Of a stretch of 11,526 nucleotides of DNA, positions 5,214-11,526 are shown one piece after another. A model generated the notes under the pieces. The model did no database searches. It was not told the origin of the DNA and saw only the letters and a list, made by a program, of their open reading frames with translations. This stretch comes from Nitrospinota bacterium (GTDB lineage Bacteria; UBA8248). Both the position numbers and the translations under genes were made by a program. The first letter of the stretch is position 1; every line of letters starts with the position of its first letter. Where the stretch lies: the NCBI GenBank assembly GCA_046581755.1, contig JAYGFR010000237.1, forward strand, positions 1 through 11,526, in the 5' to 3' direction.

Positions 5214-6959
5214 ATGGACACCTTCAAGAGTGAAGTGCGCGACGGGATGCGGATTGACTGGGATGTGCCGCTTAAAATGGACGACGGGGTAGTGCTTCGT
5301 TGCGATGTGTACCGCCCGGACGACGATGGAAAGTACCCCGCCATCCTGTCCTACGGCCCCTACGCCAAATGGCTGCACTTGATGGACGGCTATCCCGCTC
5401 AATGGAAAGTGATGACCGAAAAATTCCCGGAGACGGTCCAGGGTACGTCGAACAAGTACCAGAACTGGGAGCTGGTGGACCCGGAGAAGTGGGTGCCCGA
5501 TGGCTACGCCTGCGTGCGCGTGGACTCGCGCGGAGCGGGCCGCTCGCTGGGATTCATGGAGGTCTGGTCGCCCCGCGAGGCGAAAGATTTTTGCGACTGC
5601 ATCGAATGGGCGGGCGAGGAATCGTGGTGCAACGGCAAAGTGGGCTTGAATGGAATCTCCTACTACGGGATGAACCAGTGGATCGTGGCTACCCTCCAGC
5701 CCTCCCACCTGGCGGCGATGTGCGTCTGGGAGGGAGCGGCCGATCTCTACCGCGACCTCAGCCACCACGGCGGCATCCTGAGCCGGTTCGCCGACATCTG
5801 GTACCGGGACACCGTTACGTTGCGGCAGCACGGCAGGGGAAACCGGGACTGGCGCAGCCAGATCAACGGCGAGTGGAGTTCGGGGCCCGAGACGCTCACG
5901 GACGAGGAACTGGGCGCCAACCGCTCCGACTACGGACAGGATCTTTTCGATCACCCGCTGATCGACGATTACTGGAAGGCCCGGATACCCGATTACTCGA
6001 AGATCAACGTGCCGCTGCTCTCGGCGGGCAACTGGGGCGGAGTGGGCCTCCACCCCCGCGGAAATTTCGAGGGATACCTAAACGCGGCGTCGGAGGAAAA
6101 GTGGCTCGAAGTGCACGGTCTCGATCACTTCACCCATTTCTACACCGACTACGGGGTGAATCTTCAGAAGCGCTTTTTCGGCCACTTCCTCAAGGGCGAG
6201 GACACGGGCTGGGACAAGCAGCCCAAGGTCGCCCTGAGTATTCGCCGTCAGGGCGAGAAATTCACCGCGCGCGCCGAAAACGAGTGGCCTCTTGCGCGTA
6301 CGGAGTGGACCAAATACTACCTTCATTCGGGTAGTTTTTCCCTCAAGACCAATCCTCAGAAAAATACGAGGGGCCGGGAGTATGACGCTCTCGGAAAGGG
6401 ACTCCTTTATCTGACGCCCCCTCTTGATGAAGAGACCGAGCTTACCGGCCCGGTGGCAGCCAAGATCTTCGTCTCATCCGAGACCACCGACGCGGACATT
6501 TTTCTCGTCCTTCGCGTGTTCGACCCCGAGATGCGCGAAATCACCTTCCAGGGATCGAATGATCCGCATACCCCCATCGGCCTCGGCTGGCTTCGCGCAT
6601 CGCACCGCAAGCTCGACCCCGTGCTTACACTGCCTTACCGGCCCTACCACACCCACGATGAATTGCAGCCGCTCACCCCGGGCGAGGTGTACGAACTCGA
6701 CGTGGAGATCTGGCCCACCTGCATCGGTATTCCCGAGGGCTGCCGGATCGGCTTGAGCGTGCGCGGCAGGGATTACGTCTATCCCGGTTTCGAGCACCCG
6801 GGGATGCCGGCTCCCGCTCGGGTCTATTCCGGGGTGGGGCCGTTCCGTCACGACGACCCCCGGGACCGGCCGGCGGACCCTTTCGGCGGGAAGGTCACCC
6901 TGCACACAGGTCCCGAATGGCCCGCGTATATCCTGCTGCCAATAGTGCCGGCCAAGTAG
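5214..6959 (+). CDS. CocE/NonD family hydrolase (peptidase S15-like acyl esterase), 581 aa
   Basis: Probable start is ATG 5214 after GGGGGG. Motifs DVPLKMDDGVVLRCDVYRP, PAILSYGPY, GYACVRVDSRGAGRS, nucleophile elbow GISYYG, WPL, and a C-terminal jelly-roll with GWLRASHR, PGEVYELDVEIWP and ILLP. The ORF-track start at 5073 is likely overextended. Confidence 0.93.
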   Translation: MDTFKSEVRDGMRIDWDVPLKMDDGVVLRCDVYRPDDDGKYPAILSYGPYAKWLHLMDGYPAQWKVMTEKFPETVQGTSNKYQNWELVDPEKWVPDGYACVRVDSRGAGRSLGFMEVWSPREAKDFCDCIEWAGEESWCNGKVGLNGISYYGMNQWIVATLQPSHLAAMCVWEGAADLYRDLSHHGGILSRFADIWYRDTVTLRQHGRGNRDWRSQINGEWSSGPETLTDEELGANRSDYGQDLFDHPLIDDYWKARIPDYSKINVPLLSAGNWGGVGLHPRGNFEGYLNAASEEKWLEVHGLDHFTHFYTDYGVNLQKRFFGHFLKGEDTGWDKQPKVALSIRRQGEKFTARAENEWPLARTEWTKYYLHSGSFSLKTNPQKNTRGREYDALGKGLLYLTPPLDEETELTGPVAAKIFVSSETTDADIFLVLRVFDPEMREITFQGSNDPHTPIGLGWLRASHRKLDPVLTLPYRPYHTHDELQPLTPGEVYELDVEIWPTCIGIPEGCRIGLSVRGRDYVYPGFEHPGMPAPARVYSGVGPFRHDDPRDRPADPFGGKVTLHTGPEWPAYILLPIVPAK

Positions 6960-7298
6960 GTGCACGCTGATCCGGGGTTGAAAAACGGGCGCGGCCCCAA
7001 GACAAGACCCTATTTCTGACTGAGATCAAGCGCCTGGATGCCGAACCCCAACCCCGCGCTTATCCTGCGCGCTGAAATACGAGCACACTGGAATACATCG
7101 AATTGAATCTCCGAAATATCCCGAAAAATTTCTCGATTTTTCCCGGCGGGCGCATCTTGCCCTCTGCGCCGGCGGAACCTGCCGCCGCCCCCGCGCCGCC
7201 CTCTGGGCGGTGAATGATTTACTCCAACAATGGCGCCCGGAAGAAAGATAGGATATACCTAAGCGCGTGGAGTTTCGGACCGGGGACCGAAAAGGGAA

Positions 7299-8258
7299 AT
7301 GAAATTGAAGCGTTTCAAGAGATTTATATTGGCGGCCGCCGCAATATTTTCAGTGGCCGTATTCGCTATCGGGGCCTGGGTCTTCGTTCGAATCGGACGG
7401 CATTCGAGACTTCCGGTGGAAAAAGTGTATGCTGGAAAAAGCGGAAGCCAAAAAAGGCCCATCGTGTTGGTTCATGGGTTGAACCGGACCGGAAGGATTT
7501 GGATGGTGGCGGATGATGGCCACGGAAATCGCTCTTCGGGGGCGGGGAGCATGGTGGAATTCCTGCGGGAAAATGGATATCCCAATATTTATATAAATAC
7601 CTTTCCCGACACCCGGAATACGAGCCTCTTTGGTAATGCCAATCGCCTCAAGGAGTGGATCGAAGAAACCAAGAAGCGCTTTCGGGCCAAGACGGTCGAT
7701 ATCGTCGCCCATAGTCTTGGCGGACTGATCGCCCGCGCTTATTTGCAGGAAATGAGCCGGAACGACGACAAAACCGTCAATCCGGTCCGCTACGGGAAGG
7801 ATGTCAAGCGGTTGATCATGATTGCCATTCCGCATTTGGGAAGTCCGCTGGCCGATCCGTTCGCTTCCGTTCTCGATTGGTATGCTCCCCGGACCCTTCG
7901 CGAGGGCGGAGGGCCGGATCTGCGGTTTCTGAATCAAATGCCGCTGCCGTGCCGGCCAAAGTACTACTCGATCGTTGTTTCCATCTCAAAACAATCCTCG
8001 AGGAGAGGCTGGAGATTTTGGAGAGTCATTCGATTCTTGCTTTCCTTTTCGGCTCCCCTCGACGGAGACGGAACGGTGAGCCTGAAAAGTCAAAACCTGA
8101 AAAATGCCGTTCCGCTCCGGAGGTGCTCCGCCAATCCGCACAAAGCGTTTTCGGTAAAATTGGAACCGCCCTTCAGGCACCGGGACGCAGCGAGGAGCCC
8201 GTCCGTTCAGAAGATTGTCCTGAAAATTCTGAACGGGCAATCGGAAATGAGAATGTAG
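7299..8258 (+). CDS. Membrane-anchored or secreted alpha/beta hydrolase (lipase/PGAP1-like)
   Basis: 319 aa. A basic N-terminus is followed by a hydrophobic helix (FILAAAAIFSVAVFAIGAWVFV). Oxyanion PIVLVHG, nucleophile VDIVAHSLGGL, IAIPHLGS, catalytic Asp in DGDGTV, and a candidate His in FRHRD. Confidence 0.88.
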   Translation: MKLKRFKRFILAAAAIFSVAVFAIGAWVFVRIGRHSRLPVEKVYAGKSGSQKRPIVLVHGLNRTGRIWMVADDGHGNRSSGAGSMVEFLRENGYPNIYINTFPDTRNTSLFGNANRLKEWIEETKKRFRAKTVDIVAHSLGGLIARAYLQEMSRNDDKTVNPVRYGKDVKRLIMIAIPHLGSPLADPFASVLDWYAPRTLREGGGPDLRFLNQMPLPCRPKYYSIVVSISKQSSRRGWRFWRVIRFLLSFSAPLDGDGTVSLKSQNLKNAVPLRRCSANPHKAFSVKLEPPFRHRDAARSPSVQKIVLKILNGQSEMRM

Positions 8259-8332
8259 AGAAACCGCTTCGATTATTCGAAAACCGTTATTATCGACGCC
8301 TCCGGATATGAGGCATTTATAGGAGAAACGCG

Positions 8333-9340
8333 ATGCGCGTAGGCCTTCACATTGGCCCGCTCAGGGAGTTTCCTCCCATCGATCAGTTTCTGGATTTTGT
8401 CCGCAAGGCCGAGGACATGGGGTTCGACCCTTTGTTATTTTCGGACACGGTGTCCCTCTCGCATTTTCGCATCCTGGATCCGTTCCCGATCATGACGCTG
8501 GCCGCCCAGGTCACCAAGACAGCCACCATTGGCACCTGCGTCACCAACCCGGTTACCCGCCATCTTTCGGTGACGGCGAATGCCTTCGCCACGGTCGATC
8601 ACATCGCCGGAGGGCGGACGGTGTTGGGTATCGGTTCGGGGGACACCGCCCTTTATCTACTCGGAAAAAAGTATGTAAACCTGGCGGGAATGCGGGAGAC
8701 CATCGAAGTCCTGCGCGGTCTCCTGGATGGAAAGCCGGTCGTTTACGAAGGCCAGGAACTCCGCTCGAACTGGGACAAGAAGAACCTGCCCATTTTCCTT
8801 GCCGCAGACGGCCCGAAAATGCTGGCGCTGGGGGGGGAGTTGGCGAACGGCCTTATTGTGGGCGCCGGCCTGTCGGGCGAGGTCATCGACTGGGTGCGCG
8901 GACGGGTGGGCGAGGGCGAAGCCCTGGCGGGGCGGCCGCCTGGAAGCGTGCCCATTTGGGTGGACGGAATCGTCAATTTCGGCGCCGACCGCGAGGTGGT
9001 CCAAAACGCCACCCGGCCGCGGATGTGCACCCGCGCCAACCACAACTTTCGCGTGGCCTACAATGCCGTTCCGGAAGAGCATCTGGATGGGGTCAAGAAT
9101 TTTCGTGAAAACTACAACGAGAACGACGTGGGGTTCAAGAACAAAAATGCCGAGCGCGTGACGGATTACCTTCTGGATCGATTCGGGATCGTGGGCACGG
9201 AAGCGGACGTCATTGGGCGTTTCGAGGAAATATCCGATCGGGGCGTCGAGACGTTTTTGGTCGCGATGCCATTTATTCTCGAAGAGCGGTTCCGGATTAT
9301 CGAGTTTTTGGCCAAAGAGGTTATCCCTCGGGTGGCCTGA
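8333..9340 (+). CDS. LLM (luciferase-like) class flavin/F420-dependent oxidoreductase, Mer-like subgroup
   Basis: 335 aa, with AGGAG RBS at 8321-8325. Motifs AEDMGFD, IGTCVTNPVTRH, TVDHIAGGRTVLGIGSGD, PIFLAADGPKMLALGGELANG, and C-terminal EVIP. Confidence 0.9.
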   Translation: MRVGLHIGPLREFPPIDQFLDFVRKAEDMGFDPLLFSDTVSLSHFRILDPFPIMTLAAQVTKTATIGTCVTNPVTRHLSVTANAFATVDHIAGGRTVLGIGSGDTALYLLGKKYVNLAGMRETIEVLRGLLDGKPVVYEGQELRSNWDKKNLPIFLAADGPKMLALGGELANGLIVGAGLSGEVIDWVRGRVGEGEALAGRPPGSVPIWVDGIVNFGADREVVQNATRPRMCTRANHNFRVAYNAVPEEHLDGVKNFRENYNENDVGFKNKNAERVTDYLLDRFGIVGTEADVIGRFEEISDRGVETFLVAMPFILEERFRIIEFLAKEVIPRVA

Positions 9341-9376
9341 GCGCGGCTGGCAATCTCGAAACGCAGATTTATCCGT

Positions 9377-11191
9377 TTATTTTCTCGCGCCCCGCTTTCT
9401 CAGAAGCGAGGCGATTTCCTTGAACCCGCGCTTGTCCGCGATTCGAAGCGGAGTCCAGTTTTTGTAGGTTATTCTTATAGCGGCGCCGCTCTTTACCAAA
9501 ATTTGGGCCATTTCAAGGGACCCTTTCTGCGACGCATAATAGATGGGAGTGGGGAACTTGTTGGTATGCACATTGATATTCGCGCCCTTTTGGAGAAGGC
9601 GCCGGACTGTTTTCGCGTCTCCGCCGTAAACGGCCTGATGCAGGGGAGACCAACCGTTGGCTGTGTGTATATTCACATCCGCTCCCGCCTCCAACAGAAT
9701 ATTCAGGACATTCCGGCGCCGTTTTTTGACGGCCTGTTGAAGCGAGGTCCAGCCTTTTTTCGTTCTCGCGTTGATCGGAGCTCCCTTGCTCAGCAAATGG
9801 CGGACGAGGCCGGCATGACCGTATCTGGCAGCGTAGTGTAGGGCGGTGAACGCGGATTTATTCTCAGCGCGAATATCGGCGCCACCTTCGAGGAGGCGTT
9901 TCACCGCTTCCAGATTGCCCGCTTTGGCACTTGCAAAGAGCGGGGCGAGGCGCTTGGCCTTACGAGGCCGGACAAGGCCCTCGAAGCGGAATGACTCAAT
10001 CCATTCGAACCCCAATCCACCCGGTCTGGCCCGCACGGTAACGCTCGTGCGGCCGGGAGCGATTCCCCGGTAGATCCTCCTGGATACGTCCAGTTCGATG
10101 GTTTCTTTCCTTGGAGGCCAGGGGGCCGCATGGGCGTAATAGGAAGTGGAGTCCTTGGACCGCGCGATGGTTTTTTTTGCGACCTGAACAGTATGCACCC
10201 GGGCGGGCCCGGGATCTTGGGTCACGTTCAGGTGGGTCCCGAGCTGGAAGCCCAAAATCATGAAGGACACCAGAGATACCGCACTTAAAGACAGAATGCG
10301 TCGATGCGATGAGGCGCCGATTCGAATCACTTTCATGGCGAACATCATATAAAGAACGAGCCCCGGAAGGCTGTATCTGAGAGTGTGGATTAAAAAAGGC
10401 ATAAAATCGATCGGAATCACGAAACTATAATTCGCCTTGCTGAGTACCGCCATGGCGAAAATCGCGAAAAATGGCGTTGCGTAAAGGATGCCCAGCTTGA
10501 TCCGGCCTCCCGAGGATTTTTCCGAAGCTCCGTATGAGTCGCGCAATCCGCCGATAGAAGAGGGCTCGGGAAGTTCATCGATCAGGGCGGTCAAATACAA
10601 AATCGCTTCCTTGACGAATTCCGGGTCGAATTCTTCCAGCCACTCGAAGCCTGTCCATTGGCCCGCCATTGTTTTTCCGTCGTGAACGGCTGTCTCGAAA
10701 CCCATATCGAATAGCGATCGGATGGCCTCTCTCGATTCGGGCGAGGCGAAGAAGGCAGACACGAACTCGCGGTCGTTCGAATCGATATAGAACCTGTCGG
10801 TGAAATCCGCGTCGTGGGTCTGGACCTCCGAGGCAATTCCAATTTTTTTGCCGAACCGGTCCATCGTTCCTTCGGTCCTGATGGTGAATTCCTCGTTCGA
10901 TCGACATCCCAAGGATATTTTGAATACGCCCGGACGCCGTGAGTAACTGGTTCTTGTCGGAGGGGTGTACCCGAAGATGCACTCCACGCCGTCCAGGAGG
11001 ACGGTTCCCTGGATATTTCCGGAAAATTTGGACCTGGTGACGCTTCCAGGATTGTCCGGGTTCAAGGCGTGGCCGATTTTGGAGAAGGATTCTTTCAGCC
11101 GCCGGTCTTTTTTTATCTCCCGGATAACAATAAAAATGGCAACGGCAAAAATGATTGGAATGGCGACAACGAGGACAATTCCATCTTCCAT
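9377..11191 (-). CDS. Multi-pass membrane protein with C-terminal ankyrin repeats, 604 aa
   Basis: ATG 11191 follows GGGGAG. N-terminal TM (IVLVVAIPIIFAVAIFIVI), a soluble domain of about 200 aa, about 3 further hydrophobic helices, then ankyrin units such as TALHYAARYGH...LLSKGAPINA and SPLHQAVYGGD...LLQKGANIN. Confidence 0.88.
   Translation of the reverse strand: MEDGIVLVVAIPIIFAVAIFIVIREIKKDRRLKESFSKIGHALNPDNPGSVTRSKFSGNIQGTVLLDGVECIFGYTPPTRTSYSRRPGVFKISLGCRSNEEFTIRTEGTMDRFGKKIGIASEVQTHDADFTDRFYIDSNDREFVSAFFASPESREAIRSLFDMGFETAVHDGKTMAGQWTGFEWLEEFDPEFVKEAILYLTALIDELPEPSSIGGLRDSYGASEKSSGGRIKLGILYATPFFAIFAMAVLSKANYSFVIPIDFMPFLIHTLRYSLPGLVLYMMFAMKVIRIGASSHRRILSLSAVSLVSFMILGFQLGTHLNVTQDPGPARVHTVQVAKKTIARSKDSTSYYAHAAPWPPRKETIELDVSRRIYRGIAPGRTSVTVRARPGGLGFEWIESFRFEGLVRPRKAKRLAPLFASAKAGNLEAVKRLLEGGADIRAENKSAFTALHYAARYGHAGLVRHLLSKGAPINARTKKGWTSLQQAVKKRRRNVLNILLEAGADVNIHTANGWSPLHQAVYGGDAKTVRRLLQKGANINVHTNKFPTPIYYASQKGSLEMAQILVKSGAAIRITYKNWTPLRIADKRGFKEIASLLRKRGARK
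9380..9946 (-). repeat. Six tandem ankyrin repeats (about 33 aa, protein level; last one truncated)
   Basis: Repeat starts APLFASA, TALHYAA, TSLQQAV, SPLHQAV, TPIYYAS and TPLRIAD, each followed by an LL..GA-like motif. Confidence 0.88.
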
Positions 11192-11526
11192 CTGTGGGTC
11201 TCCCCGTGTTCGGCCGCGGTTTCCGACGGTGCCTCTATTTTCAGGAATTATGCGGCGATGCTCCTCATTTCACAAATTCCGGCTTTTTACCCCTTCCTCG
11301 GGCGGTGGCTCTCGCAAGGATGGCCATTAAGTGCGCTGAAAAACACCCCGGAGGAAGCCTCTACAGCCAAGCTCGATGCGTATATACAGCCACTCCTAAT
11401 TGGAGCATATTGATTTTTTCTCCTCCAGACTCAACATCGCTGCCGGTCCCGCGTCAGCTATAGCCGACCGCAGCCGGTGGTGACGCAACAGCGGGAAGGG
11501 CGATGGATTCGGTGCTGGGATCGATT

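Noticed and set aside
2616..6334. Long alternative-frame or antisense ORFs (2616-3380, 2881-3483, 3825-4388, 4082-4669, 5106-6053, 5300-6334)
   Set aside because: These are shadow ORFs of GC-rich genes with no recognisable motifs. They overlap better-supported CDSs.
1..11526. Genome-wide stop codon reassignment as the explanation for the in-frame TGA and TAG
   Set aside because: TGA ends livM and the LLM gene, and TAG ends livH, livG, CocE and the lipase, all at the expected family C-termini.
1..11526. CRISPR arrays, tRNA/rRNA genes, IS or integrase genes
   Set aside because: I saw no regularly spaced nucleotide repeats, cloverleaf or rRNA-like segments, or transposase/recombinase motifs.
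11414..11526. Possible gene end entering from the right edge on the minus strand
   Set aside because: All three frames give short, unrecognisable peptides, so no call can be supported.

Overview
GC-rich bacterial chromosomal window with no mobile element, CRISPR array or RNA gene that I can support. It opens with the end of a Liv-type (branched-chain amino acid family) ABC transporter operon: livH tail, livM, livG and livF-like genes (1-2469, +). A convergent three-gene minus-strand operon follows (4702-2736), which the ORF track fragments. Read manually, it encodes (i) a Tat-exported SoxY-like protein with superoxide reductase/desulfoferrodoxin-like metal motifs and an in-frame TGA exactly at the Cys of C-x-x-H-G, (ii) a SoxZ-like protein with an in-frame TAG, and (iii) a secreted 7-bladed YVTN beta-propeller split by a +1 frameshift, whose blades present a His/Met/Asp ring. 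Further on are a CocE/NonD hydrolase, a membrane-anchored alpha/beta hydrolase, an LLM-class oxidoreductase, and a multi-pass membrane protein with six C-terminal ankyrin repeats. The most interesting element is the orphan SoxYZ-like/propeller operon. Each gene has exactly one reading interruption, so it is a decaying operon, an assembly artefact, or a recoded one with a candidate selenoprotein. The sequence alone cannot decide between these.
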